Positions 1 through 21,980 are shown, numbered from the stretch's first letter. The stretch: DNA of 64,000 nt from Neocallimastix sp. 'constans' (GCA_050613775.1 JBODTK010000123.1:372001-436000); one strand, 5' to 3'. The notes: generated from the letters alone by a model not told the origin. Numbers and translations are program-made.

Positions 1-632
1 TATATTACTTTAAAGTAATTACCCATTTACCAGTCACAATTTAACTAAAAATATTAACAACAAAGAGATGAAAATAAAAATAAAAAAAATTTTCTGTAAC
101 TTTGAAATTTTATTAAAACTTTAAATAAAATAAAATAATATGGTTATACTATATCTAAATAAAAAAACAAAAAAAAAATTAAAAAGATTAATTAAATTCA
201 TAAATCATAAAAATATTTATTTTTATTTATTATTATTTTATTTTTATTAATTAAAGAACAATCTTTTATTAATATGAAATGCATTATATTATTCTTTTTT
301 CTTTATAAATGAAAATTTATTAGAAAAAAAAATTTTTTTATTAACTATAATATTTTTTTTCCGTTAAATTAAATAAATTTAATATTTCACCTCGAAAATT
401 TTGAACTTTATTTAATATTTGATTGGATAAAAATAATAAATTAATTTCTGTATTAAAGACGAAAAAAAATTTTATTTTTAAATATATATTACATCTTTCA
501 ATTTTAATTTATTTGATTAAAATATATACAATTTTACATATTTTTATTTTTATTTTTATTTTTATTTTTGATACTTTAACTAATTTAAATAAATTATTAT
601 TTTATATAAAAAAAAATAATATAATATATAAA

Positions 633-4431
<3,799 letters not shown>

Positions 4432-4925
4432 GTCATCCTGATCATAAAATTCTTTAAACTATCTTAAAATGAAAAAACAATAATACATCAATTGATTATT
4501 ATTAATTTACAAGTTTTAATTAAATTCTAAATAATTAATATGTTTATATTTAATTAAACTTATATTTATATGTTATAAACCTATAAAGCTTATATTATTC
4601 AATAGTAATAGGTAGTATACTTTAAATCAAATTCAGTATACTGAAAAATAAATTTTAATAAATAAATATATATATATATATATTGAATAATAATAATATA
4701 ATAAAAAAAAAATAATTATAATAATAATAATAAAAATAAAAAAAAAATTAAGATAGAGTAAATTAAATTAAATTAAAATTAAAGTTAAATAAATTAAAAA
4801 TTAAAAATAAAAAAAATAAAAAAATGAAAATGAAAAAAAAAAATAAAAGATAAAAATAAAAATAAAAATAAAAATAAAAATAAAAATAAAAAATAAAAAA
4901 ATTAAATAATATAATAAATAAATAA

Positions 4926-4973
<48 letters not shown>

Positions 4974-5099
4974 ACGATTTAATAAAAATATATTCACAAT
5001 TTTCTCTTGAATTTTTTTTTTTTTATTAGATTGGACAAATTAATTAAACGTAAATTCAAATTTGATATGAAAAACCTCATATAAAAAGTAAATTGGTAT

Positions 5100-5228
5100 C
5101 AAAAAATTATCCTTGTTATAGAATAGCATCGCTAGTGCTTTCACACTTGTATCCTTTTTTTTTATTGTTCTAAATCTGAAGAATTTAGGCAACAATTCAT
5201 TCAATTGGTTAATAAAATTTTTATTAAT

Positions 5229-5263
<35 letters not shown>

Positions 5264-5331
5264 CCTCTGATTGTTTTAAAAAAAAATTTTTTTTTTTTTT
5301 TTGAAACATTCCTAATGATAATAATAATATT

Positions 5332-5364
<33 letters not shown>

Positions 5365-5690
5365 GTACTGAGTCTCTCCTTCTTGACGGAAATGTGTTAA
5401 GTATAATGAAATCTTAAAAATATTGGTTCTTAGGGGGAAAGAAGGTGTTTTTTTATTAATATATATATATATATATATTTTCAATCAAACTTCTTTCCCG
5501 AGTTCATATATTCTGTGGGGCTTACGGAATTTACCTTACTAATGTTATTGTCTATTATGATTAGTGTTTTTTTTTTTTTTTTTCACTATGGTCAATTTGT
5601 AATACCATTAAGACCTTAACCGTTATCAAGAGCGTCGACATCGAAAAAAACGGATAAAGCAAAGAAGAAATTGGGATACAAGATAATGAT
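5100..5690 (-). ncRNA. Candidate structured non-coding RNA, family copy 1
   Basis: GC-enriched non-coding island. Long-range 9-bp stem (5146-5154 with 5674-5682), 10-bp stem (5435-5444 with 5490-5499), and GTGT-GAAA-GCAC tetraloop hairpin on the minus strand (5135-5146). Shares motifs with the 12.6 kb and 37.8 kb islands. Confidence 0.5.
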
Positions 5691-6347
5691 AATAAATATT
5701 AATGTACTTTTATTAAAAAATGAATAAACTAATTATAAAATAAATTATATATATATATTTTAATTTTTTTTTTTTATTTGTACTTTTATTTTTATTTTTA
5801 TTCTTATTCTTATTTATTCATTAATTTTAATTTAATTTTAATATTTTTTTTTTACTTTTATTTTTTTTACTTTTATTTTTATTGTTATTTTTATTTTTAT
5901 TTATTCATTAATTTTAATTTAATCTTTTCTTTTTTTTTTTTTTTTTTTTTTACAAATTTCTCATTTTATATATATATATATTTTTTTAATACTATAATTT
6001 AAATTTTTTTTTTTTTTTATATTTTAATTTTTTTTACATTTTAATTAACATAACATACAAAAATATAAATACATTTTAAAAAAAAAAAAAAATAAAAAAT
6101 AGTAATAATTAATATTTATAAATATATATATAGTTATAATTAATAGATATCAATAACTATTTATTTATTTAACTTTTTTTTTTTTTTTTGTTCTAACATA
6201 CTTTTAAAGAAAAAAAAATGATTTTTTAATAAAAAAAAATACTTGATGTTTTTTCTCCTTATTATTTATTTATTATTCATTATTCATTATTATAATTATT
6301 CTTATTATTTATTACTATTATTACTATTATTAATTTCTTATAATGAT

Positions 6348-10524
<4,177 letters not shown>

Positions 10525-12590
10525 TTTTTATTAAATTTATTTATATTGAATAAATGAAAAATAAAAATAAAAAAAAAAAAAAAAAAAGCTTTTTAAAAAT
10601 AAAATAAAAAAGAAAAAAAGTAGATAAAATAATAAGGCCTATTAAACTTTAGTTTCTTAATATATTTTATTTTTAGGTTATTTATAGTACTATAAATATA
10701 TTTATTATATAGAACACTTTGAATTTTTAAGATATCAATTCAATATAGTGCTCTTATTATTATAATTAACTGGATTAATGGATAATCAAAATATATACAA
10801 AACAGTTGATATAAAAATTATAATATTTTAAAAATATATATATATTAATATAAACTATTTTACTTTTTTTTTTTTTTTCCTTTTTTTTTTCCTTTTTTTT
10901 TATTATTATTTTTTATTTTTTTTTTTTTTTTTTTTTTTTTGTTAATTTATAGATTTTAATATAAAATTAAAAGAAAATAAACTTTTAATAGAATGAGGAA
11001 GTATTATTAAATATTATAACAATATTCCAATATGGTGCTTTTTTTTCAATATTTTGAACTAAATGAAATAAAAATATGAAAAAAAAAATTATAAAACAAA
11101 AAAAAGAAGTTATTTTTCTTTAATTTTTTATTAAAATTACTCTTTTTATATGATATATATATATTTTAAAATTAACATTTTTTTATTATAATTTTTATTT
11201 TTTATTGTATTATTTAGTCATTTTACTCTCTCAATATTATTATATATTTCTCTTTTTTTAAAAAAAAAAATTATGTATGTATAAATAAAAAAGAAAGAAA
11301 GAAAGAAAGAAAGAAAAAATGTATTTATATATGTATATTAATATATAAACTAAGCATCAAATAAAATTACTTTTTTAATTTAATTAAAATTAATTATTGC
11401 TTCAATTATATTAATTAAAATTTATTTTAATTATTTTATTTTTTAATCTTATTTTTTTTTTTTCCTTTTTTGAATTTAAAAATTAAAAAAAAAAAATTTT
11501 TTTTTTATACATTTTTAAATTAATTATAAAAAAATAATCAATAAAAAAATTATAGAATAAAATATTAATGAATAATAATAATAATTAATATCTATATAAA
11601 ATATAAAAGTAATAAATTAGATCATATATGTATTTTATGATTTAAATAATACAGAAAATTAAAATCTATTATATACATCAATAATATATATAAATATTAA
11701 TGTAATTTTATTTTTTTTACTTATTTTTATAATATAATAAAGATATGTAGTTATGATTTAAATAATACAATAAATAAAATCTATTAATAATAATATTATA
11801 TATACAAATATTAAACATAATCCTATTTTTTACTTTTTATTATTATTTAATAAGGATATGAATTAAAATTATATATTTGTATTGTATAAAACTCTAAAAA
11901 AGAAAAAAATAAATGCATTTTTAAAATAATATATAAGTGTATATGTATATATATATATATCAAAATTTACTAAAAGTATAACAAATCATCACTTTTCTCA
12001 AAATAGCTTTATTAAAGTAGAATATTTATTATTATGACCATATAAACCTATAATAAATAAAAAAAATATTTTATATTTTATAATTGATTTTAATAAAAAA
12101 AAAAATAAAAATAAAAGTAAAAAGTATTTTAATTTTCTTATTAAGATTTAATAATAAATTTTATTAATAATACGAATAAAATGCTTTTCAGATAACAATA
12201 TTATATACTTTTTACTTTAATTTTTTATATTAAGCACTCTCACTATGGTAATAATTAAGATAACAATATGGTATATAAAATCAAATAATTTTATAAAAAT
12301 ATGAATAACTGTATAAAAAGACAAATATTTTTATATATATACATAAAGCTTTTAATTATTCGGTCAATTAAAATAATTAAAATTAACCTTTTTTTTTTTT
12401 TTTTGGTGCAAGATGCAATAATTCCGAACTTTAAACTTTATTTATTTATTCATTTATTAATTATATGAATATTTTTTTTAAAAAAAAAAAATAAATAAAT
12501 AAATATTATTTATCCAAATAGAACATAATAATATTTTAAATAATAATATGAAATAAAAAGTCAATATTCTAAAATAAAGTGCATAAATAA

Positions 12591-12980
12591 AATCCGGAAA
12601 AAAAAAAAAAAGTTCATAGGCAACGAACCTCAATCTCCATATCACTTATTCCGGATTAGGGTTTGAATCGACGATTTGAAAGAAATTATGGCCTTTCTTC
12701 CTTCAGAAGCATTGGGTCCTACCAGTCTGTCCTACTGTATTTTCAGTGTTGACGCTCCTGGTTAGTTTATGCTTTTATCGTCGGGAATAGCAACCCTTGT
12801 CGAGTACTAGCCCTAGACATAATTTCTATATAGAAAGCCCCAGATGGCACCAAGAATGGCGATTTTGAATAATCCCTTGAAATGATTTGGTTATTAGACT
12901 AAATATCCTATTCCTTTTTATAATTTAAATCGATAATGCTTGCATCTCTTCCACCGCCAAGGAGGTTATATAATCAATAA
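12591..12980 (+). ncRNA. Candidate structured non-coding RNA, family copy 2
   Basis: GC-enriched non-coding island with multiple stems: 12591-12599/12649-12657, 12657-12663/12809-12815, 12669-12675/12777-12783 and 12784-12790/12908-12914. G-U pairs favour the plus strand. Shares family motifs. Confidence 0.5.
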
Positions 12981-13254
12981 CACGTCACATATATATTTAC
13001 ACACGCATTATTCAGAGAATCACTAATATCAAACCGAGTTTCAACAACTGATCTACTCACTCTACATTATTAGCAATGATACTATTATTTTCACAATCAC
13101 CAGTATTCCTATTTTCTCTATCGATACGATTACTATTATTTAAAATATATATATACCTAAAAATTTAGTACTTGTCTATAACTCAAAAAAACAATACCAT
13201 ACTTTTTCCATTTATTTTACAAAAAAAATAGAAATAAAAAAAACTTTACTAAAT

Positions 13255-13775
13255 ATTCCAATATATCTTAAGCAAAACTTCTTTCATATTTCTTATTTAT
13301 TTCAATTCCAATAATTAATTTTTAACAATGACATAACACTTCCCTGTAACAATATATTTATCCCTTACCTCATACTTTTCATTTTTATTCTACATTCATT
13401 CTTTCCTTTTTTTGCCTAAATAATTTAAATCTCATAATCATATATTATAAATTCACAAAATATATAAAAAAATATATCAAAATTTTTCCATTCATTTTAT
13501 GAAATAACGAAAATAAAAAAGCTTCACTGTTCTATTAATTCCAATATATCTTATCTTAATATCCCTTTAAACCTTTTATACTTCCTATTTAATTCAACTC
13601 CCGTAATTTCCAATTTTTAACAAATTTAAAATGACATAGCACCTTCTTATTATTATATATATATCTCCTGCTCATTACTTTCATTTTTATTCTACATTCA
13701 TACTTCCTTTTTTTTTCTAACCTCCAAAATCAAAACCTCATAATTATAAATTATAATTACACAAAATATATATAA
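13255..13775. repeat. Diverged tandem duplication (two copies of about 280 bp) downstream of RPS23
   Basis: Blocks TTCCAATATATCTTA, ATGACATA, TTTCATTTTTATTCTACATTCAT, CTCATAAT and CACAAAATATATA occur twice in the same order. Confidence 0.75.
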
Positions 13776-13898
13776 AGTATCAAAATTATTTATATTTTTT
13801 AACCTTTTTATTTTATTATTTGTCTTTATGACAAATAATTAAATTGGTATTATTTAAAATCTATGTATACATATAATAATATATGATATATAATAGAC

Positions 13899-14677
13899 TT
13901 ATGAACGTGGCTTTTCCTTCTTTTCCTTGTAAAGAGCTAAAAGTGAGACACCAGAGACCTTAACAACCTTGAAACGGACACCTGGAATATCACCAACGGC
14001 ACGACCCTTACGACCGAAACCAGAGATAAGAACTTCATCGTTTTCTTCAACGTAGTTTAAACAACCATCGTTTGGAACGAAAGCAGTGATCTTCTTACCG
14101 TTCTTAATTAATTGGACACGAACACACTTACGAATAGCAGAGTTAGGTTGCTTAGCTTCAACACCAATCTTTTCAAGAACAATACCCTTAGCGTGGGAAG
14201 ATCCTCCGAATGGTAAGTACTTGAAAGCGGTACCTAAAGCTCTTTTCTTGTATTGCTTATCGGCCCATCTTTCTTCACGACGGTGAATACGTAACTTACG
14301 TGCGCATCTTAAACCACTTGGCTTTCCTTTATAATATTAACATAATTATATAAAAATAACATATATCAATACCTATTTTATTTGTTTATCTTATTTTTTC
14401 ATAATACTAATCCATAACTCATACATAATTCTATAAATAATATCTATTAATAATTTTTATCAATCCATCCATTTGCTATTCATTAATAATATTTAATAAA
14501 ATTTTTTTATCTATAAAACATTTGGCATAACTTCTACTGATATAAATTTTTATTCTACATTATAATTCATTATTTTAACATAACATCATTCCTATATATC
14601 ATATTTACTCATGGACAATGTAATATTATCCTATTTCTATAAAAATACATTTTTCATTCATGTTTACCTTTACCCAT
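13899..14677 (-). CDS. RPS23: 40S ribosomal protein S23 (uS12), 2 exons (14677-14668, 14326-13899)
   Basis: Translation [16 protein letters not shown]...[45 protein letters not shown]...[31 protein letters not shown]. Confidence 0.98.
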
Positions 14678-14960
14678 CTTTGTAAATTATATCAAGAGAG
14701 AGAAAAACTAAATTTTAGTAATTTTGATATTATCATATCTTTTCTATTTTTTAATGTAAATCCAATCATGCTTGTACATACAAAATCAGGCCAATCGTAT
14801 ACATATAAAATACATTATTTTATTTTTAGAAATGTATTAAATATTAAAAATTTTTATATATAAAAATTATAATTTTTAATTAATTGTTTAAATAGAAAAT
14901 TTAAATATATTAGCCTAAAAATTAATAAACTAAAAACAGATATTATTTATATACATATAT

Positions 14961-15075
<115 letters not shown>

Positions 15076-15799
15076 TATTTACTGAATATTAAATATAAAA
15101 TATACAATTTATTAGACTTAAAAAAAAGGGAAAAAAAATTCAATAAAAATATGAATAGCATATATAAATAATAAAATCAAATTCAAATACTAGTGTTAAT
15201 CATTAAATTGATTTATAAATTAATAATTAATTATTGTATATAATTAAAATAATTTTTACATCCAAGTAAATAAATATAAATAAAAATTTAAATAAAAATA
15301 ATTAATAATTAATAATTGATAAAAAAAATTTTTTGGTTACACGGACTTCTATTCAATTTTTAATTAAATCAAAATAAAATAAAATAAAAAAGTAATATGT
15401 AAATATTTTAATTGCTAAAGTTTTTTTTTTTTTGATATCTCTCACTTTATTTTACTCTTAAAACAATTTTATATACTATTAATAATACAAGTTTATTTCT
15501 ATTATTGTTTTAATAGTGGTTTTATTATTTGTATTATCATTATTTTAGTTAATAAAACTTTTTTTTTTTTTGAAATTATTTATATCTCTCATTTTATTTT
15601 TCTCTTAAAACAGTTTTATATAAATTATTTATATCTCTCACTTTATTTTACTCTTAAAAAAATTTTATCTACTATTAATAATACAACTTTATTTCTAATA
15701 TTATTTTATTAATGCTTTTATTATTTTTATTATCATTATTATAACAATAAATAGATATAAATAAATTAAATAAAAAATATTAAATATAAATAATATAAA

Positions 15800-16260
15800 T
15801 ATTATTACATTAGTATCTGCTAGAGATAATAAAGATATTAATGAAATAGAAAAATTATTAAAAAGTAATATAGAAAACAATGAAAATGATATGATTTTTG
15901 AAATGTAAAATAGCTCAGTGCTTTCTATCTCGTAAATTTTATAACGGAAAATTGTAACAAATATTTTAAGATAACATCAAGTCTAATAAAAAACTAATAA
16001 ACGATCAAAATATTAAATTACTTTATTTATTTTTTATTAATATAAAAATAATATAAATATTAACAAAATTCAATTTTTAGTTAAACATGAAATAGACAGA
16101 AATGATAATGGTAAAAATATTTTTTATATATCATGTGTGAAAAAGAAACGGATGTAATCATAAAATATTTAGTTGAGCATGGAGCAGATATAAATGAAAG
16201 TAAAAATGAAAATGGTGAAATTCCATTATTTAGTATTTGTAAAAATGGAATATTTAAAAG
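15800..16260 (+). pseudogene. Degraded ankyrin-repeat gene fragment
   Basis: About 16157-16250 translates IIKYLVEHGADINESKNENGEIPLFSICKNG, and a preceding degenerate repeat reads IQFLVKHE..NDNGK. No intact ORF. Confidence 0.7.
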
Positions 16261-16759
16261 AACAACTTATTGTATTATAGTCTAATTCCTAAATCCCTTA
16301 ACATATGTATATATAAATATATTTTACCTATTTATCAATATATTTTAACAAAGCTATATTTATTAAAAAATAGGTTTAACAAAAATAATCATAATAATAA
16401 TAAATAAAATAAAATTATTCATATGTACAATACTCATTAAAGTATTTATCTTATCATCTATGGCGTACGTCTCATTTGACAATAAATTTTTATTTTAAAC
16501 TTTGTATATTATTTTGAGTTTATATTCATATATATATATATTTTTTTTTTTAATTTTAATTTTTATTTGTTGATACATATGTTTCCATTTTCTCAATAAA
16601 AAAAAAAATAAAAAAAAATATAAAAATAAAAAAAAATAAAAAAATAAAAAAACTCAAATAATATGTGAAGTTTAAAATAAAATTTAATTCAATATGATAC
16701 AATTTAAGATATAAAAAATTAAATCTTAATTTTTTTTTTTTTTTTATTAATAATTATTT

Positions 16760-17205
16760 AATAAAAAATTCTAATTTTATTATAGTGGAAACAGAAATAC
16801 CTTATAACTCTATTATTATGGTTAAAACAGAAATGTATGAAATAAATTTAAATTTCATTTAATAAAAAAATAAAAAATTCTAATTTTATTATAGTGGAAA
16901 CAGAAATACCTTATAACTCTATTATTATGGTTAAAACAGAAATGTATGAAATAAATTTAAATTTCATTTAATAAAAAAATAAAAAATTCTAATTTTATTA
17001 TAGTGGAAACAGAAATACCTTATAACTCTATTATTATGGTTAAAACAGAAATGTATGAAATAAATTTAAATTTCATTTAATAAAAAAATAAAAAATTCTA
17101 ATTTTATTATAGTGGAAACAGAAATACCTTATAACTCTATTATTATGGTTAAAACAGAAATGTATGAAATAAATTTAAATTTCATTTAATAAAAAAATAA
17201 AAAAT
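16760..17205. repeat. Tandem repeat, 109-bp unit x4
   Basis: ATAGTGGAAACAGAAATACC recurs at 16782, 16891, 17000 and 17109; units look identical. Confidence 0.95.
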
Positions 17206-17924
17206 ATATTTACAATTGATTCATTACAGAAATAAAAAAATAAAAATAAAAAATATTAAAAGATAAAAAATAAAAAAATTTAAAAAAAAAAGTTATCTTT
17301 AATAATTTATTTATTTTTATTATTATTATTTTTTCATTTATTTATATTATTGCTATTTAATCATTATTTTTATTATTATTATTATTAATTAATAAAAAAT
17401 AGCATAATTAAATTATTTTAACTTTTAATATTGCTAATAGTTATTATTAATACATTTCTTTTTAAATATTTTTTAAAAAAATATATATATATATTAATAA
17501 ATGAAATAGATAGAAAAATTAAAATTTTTAAAAAAAAATAAAATTAAATAAAATAAAAATAAAATATATATATATTAATGATAACTATTTTTTGAATATT
17601 GAGTATTAAAAAAAAAATAAAATAAAAACTACTATGGTTGAGAATTTTTCAATATTTTCTAAATTGTATTTTATAATAGTTTCATAATCTTTATCACTAT
17701 TACTAAAACACTATTTATTGTAATCTTAATAAATATTTATTACAATTTAAATCTATAAGAATATTTTATTATTATTTTTTATTCTTATTTTATTTTGTAT
17801 TTTCAATTTTAATCAAATAACTATGTTAAATAAGAATAATAATAATTATCTATTTGTTAATTAAATGTATTTATAAAATTTTGTCTATTTTTTATTATTA
17901 CCAATTTTGTTGGTTTATTTTCCT

Positions 17925-19275
17925 TTAATGTTTTCTGACTCTTGTTCTTGATCTTTTTTGTTTTATTACTTTAGATGTCACTGTAATTGTTTTTAAAGCC
18001 GTTTTTTCATAACGTTTCTCAAAAGTAAATTTGGCAGATACAGTTCTAGTAGTTCTAGTTGATAAAGATGAAAGTTTTGATTGTGATAAAACTCTACTCA
18101 TGACACCTTCATAAGTTTCATTTCTTTCTGATGGTAAATATATATCATGAATTTCATAATCTGGCTTTGGACCTGGGTTTTCACTTGTTCTATTTTGTAA
18201 TTTAAAGTTAGGCTTAGCTCTGACACCACCTTCAACCTTTGAACATGCAGTATACCAAACTTCAACCAATTTACCATCTTGAACAGTAAATACTTTATCA
18301 CTTTTCATACCATATCTTGGCATAATAGTTTCATTATAAGCCTTAGCTAATCCTCTAGCAACAATATCAAGCTTTATTATTATTTATAAAAGGTTGAAGT
18401 AAATAATAAAAAAATTATAAATTAATATCAATATAAACCTAAATACTTATTTACTCTATAGAATTTAAAAGTAATACATTTATATTATTTTTTTTACTTT
18501 AATATTATTAAATTTTAATGATATTTACCTGTTGATGTTGATACATGACTAATACTGGATCAACTTCTGGCGGTAATTGAATAATATAATTTAAAACATC
18601 ATTACCATCACCACCACAACATTTTTGCTTTGAAAGATCAATATTTAATGCCTTGGCTAAAGGAACAACTTGTTGATACTAAATAAGTATTAATTAAAAA
18701 ATATTAAATTTAATATTTATAAGTAATAATTTTTATTTATTTTATTTTATTAATAAAATATAACAACAATATTTACCATTCTTTGTGAATAGTGTAAATT
18801 ACGTAAAAAGGAATCTTAACAAAGAAATATATATTAATTAGATTAGTAACAATATTGATTTGTTTATTTTTTTTAAAAAAAATTTATCAAAATTTAAACT
18901 TTAAAAAAAAAAAATGCAATTAAATTATAAATAGAAATTTATAAATATATATTATAATAATTCTAAATATTTACCAATAAATTCAGGTTGACCTTGGAAA
19001 TGTTGGTAAATAATTTCTTTTGGTTGTCTTTCAATTGGAGCATCAGGACCAAAAACTTCAACCATACATTCAGTTCTTAACATTCCAGTATAACCTAAAC
19101 CATCCTTTTTTTCAGCACCTTCTATTCCATCAGTTGATGAAACCTTATTATTGCCATCTAAATAACCTTTACCAGGTTTTTCACCATGCATCATTAGATA
19201 AACAGTTCTTGATGATGCATATGGATATAATATGGTTAAAAATGATAAAATTGCTATTAAGATATATTGCTTCAT
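17925..19275 (-). CDS. Secreted histidine phosphatase / phosphoglycerate-mutase-like protein, about 4 exons
   Basis: Hydrophobic signal peptide MKQYILIAILSFLTILYPYASS, then VYLMMHGEKP, GL..TG..R..C, SQRM..VVPLAKAL and LVHVSTS, which resemble fungal secreted PGM-like proteins. Basic C-terminal tail. Confidence 0.7.
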
Positions 19276-21504
19276 TTCTCTATATTCAAATATATATATA
19301 TATATTATCTATTATTTTCTATTTATTTAATTATTATTTTCTATTTATTTAATTTTTAATACTATTTAAATTATTTTTTTAATAATAATTTGAACTAATC
19401 ATTAATTTCAAATTTATTTTTATTATTTTCCCACTTTTATATATTCTTTAAAAAAGAAAGTTTTATATATATGTGTTTATTGTTATTATACTTTATATAT
19501 TATGTGAAATATATATAACTTTTTCTTATTTCAATATATAATTAATTAATAACACTGTTGTATTAATTATTTTATTGATTTCTATATTTCTTATATTTAT
19601 TTATTATTTATTATTTATTTTTTATTTTTCAATTTATTTATTTTTTTTATTTTTTTTAGTTTATTATTTATTTATTTATTTATTTTGTTTTTTTTCCAGT
19701 TAAATATCTTTTATTTTTTTTTTGTTTTAATAATATCTTTTTGTAAGTAGAAAAAAAAAAAAAAAAAAAAAGAAGAGAAATAAAAAAATAAAATAAAATT
19801 TTTGTTAAATATAGTACATATGTATTAAAAAAATTTAAATAAAACAAAATTTATAATACAGTTTTAAATTATTGGTAAATATAGATAAAAAAAAATACAA
19901 TAAAAATTAAGATTGATAATTAATTAATGGAAAATATTTTTATTATTATTATTATTGAATAAAAAAAAATAATAATATAAAATAGAAATAAAAAATGAAA
20001 AAGAAATTTATTTTTTTTTAAATTTTTTTTATTTTTTTTTTTAATTTTTTTAAAATCTTTTTATATTTAATAATTTATCTTCATTCAATCGTTTGTATTA
20101 TATTATATTAAATTAGGTTATTAATAAAATGTCATATATACATAATATATATACATAATGCATTTGTTTACTTAATAATCTAAATATAAATTATTAAATA
20201 ATAAATGTATTCTAAAATATACTATTTTTATATTATACTTAAATAAATCATAATATAAATATTTAAATCAAAAATATATGAACATATATGTATATATAGT
20301 AATATTTCATTTTAATTAAATAAATTTAATTAAGTTTTATATGTAAATAAATTATCGACTGTCAATAATATTATCATATAATACAATACGTAATGTATCT
20401 GGAAATATAATTCATTTAATATTAATATACAACATACATATAATGTAGAATTATTTCTTTTACTTATTTATTTATGAAAATATTAATTGCTGTTCATCTT
20501 ATTGGGTAGTATGAATATGGGTAGTAACATAAAACATTAAGTTAATAGGATATATAAATAGAGTTACATATTTATATTTAATATTTAATAAAATTTACTT
20601 TCATTATTTAATAAAAATATTTATATTTAATAAAATTTTTTAATGAAATTACTTATTATATTTAATATAATAAATTGTATTTAATAAACCTAATAATATT
20701 TAATATAATTATAAATATTTAATTAATTATATTTAACATATAGAAATAAAAACAATAAAATATTAACTATATCACTATTCTTATATTATTTATTATTTAT
20801 TATCTATTATTTATTATTTATTATTTATTATTTATTATTTATTATTTATTATTTATTATTTATTATTTATTTTATTATTATTTATTATTTATTATTTATT
20901 ATTCAATTATTTATTATTTTATTATTTATTATTTATTATTTATTATTTATTATCTATTATTTATTATTATCTATTATCTATTATCTATTATTTATTATCT
21001 ATTATTTATTATTTATTTATTATTAACTTATTTAAAATCTTAATAGTTTTATTTTGTTATTTTTTTTATTTTTTACCATATCAATAAAATAAAAAAATAA
21101 ACAGATAAACCAGTCCTATATCCTATATTAGTTGAAGTTCCCCAATCTTCAACAAGAAATATATCCTTTATTAAATAATAGATCAATTGTCATAGAACTT
21201 TTGATATTAATAAAATTTTTTTTTATTTTACTCGATGAAAATATATTTCTATAAATTTTATAAAAATTTATGGTTATTTATTTTTACAATTTTTAATAAA
21301 ATTTATGGTTATTATTTACTGAAATTTTTAAAAAATTTATGGCTTTATATAAATTTTTAAGGAGAGAGAAGAGACACAGATAAATTTTTTAAAATTTTTA
21401 AATTTTTAGAATTTCTTATATTATAATAATAAAAGGTTAGGTTTAATCATAAAATTTTATGATATAAAGAAAATAATAAATTTTGTTATTTTATAAATGT
21501 TTTT

Positions 21505-21980
21505 ACTTTATTTTATCATTTATTTGTAAAATATATTTATAGTTCATACTAATTATACATATTTTTTCATAATAAATATAATACTTTTAACTATTTTTAT
21601 TATTATATGTAACTATTTGATTATAATTATTTTTATTATTTTATCATTTATTTGTAAATCATATTTATAGTTCATACTAATTATACATATTTTTTCATAA
21701 TAAATATAATACTTTTTAACTATTTTTATTATTATATGTAACTATTTGATTATAATTATTTTTATTATTAAATGAAACAAACTATTACTGATTATAATTA
21801 TTTTTATTATTAAATGTAACTATTAATGATTATAACTACTTTTATTATTAAATGTAACTATCAATGATTATAATTATTTTTTATTATTAAATGTAACTAT
21901 CAATGATTATAATTATTTTTTATTATTAAATGTAACTATCAATGATTATAATTATTTTTTATTATTAAATGTAATTTTTA
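21505..21980. repeat. Tandem duplication (about 130 bp x2) followed by a 39-bp minisatellite
   Basis: ATTTTATCATTTATTTGTAAA...GTAACTATTTGATTATAATT occurs twice, then AATGTAACTATCAATGATTATAA at 21851, 21890 and 21929. Confidence 0.85.

Noticed and set aside
5510..5530. GGGGCTTA as RNase MRP CR-V
   Set aside because: No matching CR-I (GAAAGTCCCC-like) partner upstream on the same strand.
5620..5662. TTATCAAGAG as a SAM-I riboswitch
   Set aside because: Only the 5' motif matches. The kink-turn, P3 GCAAC and P4 elements are absent, and structural cues favour the other strand.
12655..12665. TTAGGGTTT as a telomerase RNA template
   Set aside because: Only about 8 nt of template-compatible sequence, on the strand opposite to the one favoured by G-U pairs, and absent from the other two copies.
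12830..12970. AAAGCCCCAG...GGAGGTTAT as a glmS ribozyme
   Set aside because: Lacks the invariant AGCGCC and GACGAGG core.
20487..20570. G-U-rich hairpin followed by ACA as an H/ACA snoRNA
   Set aside because: No convincing second hairpin or identifiable rRNA target.
21105..21180. Minus-strand FLVEDWGT resembling a GH11 xylanase motif
   Set aside because: Too short, with no flanking GH11 sequence. May be chance or a small relic.
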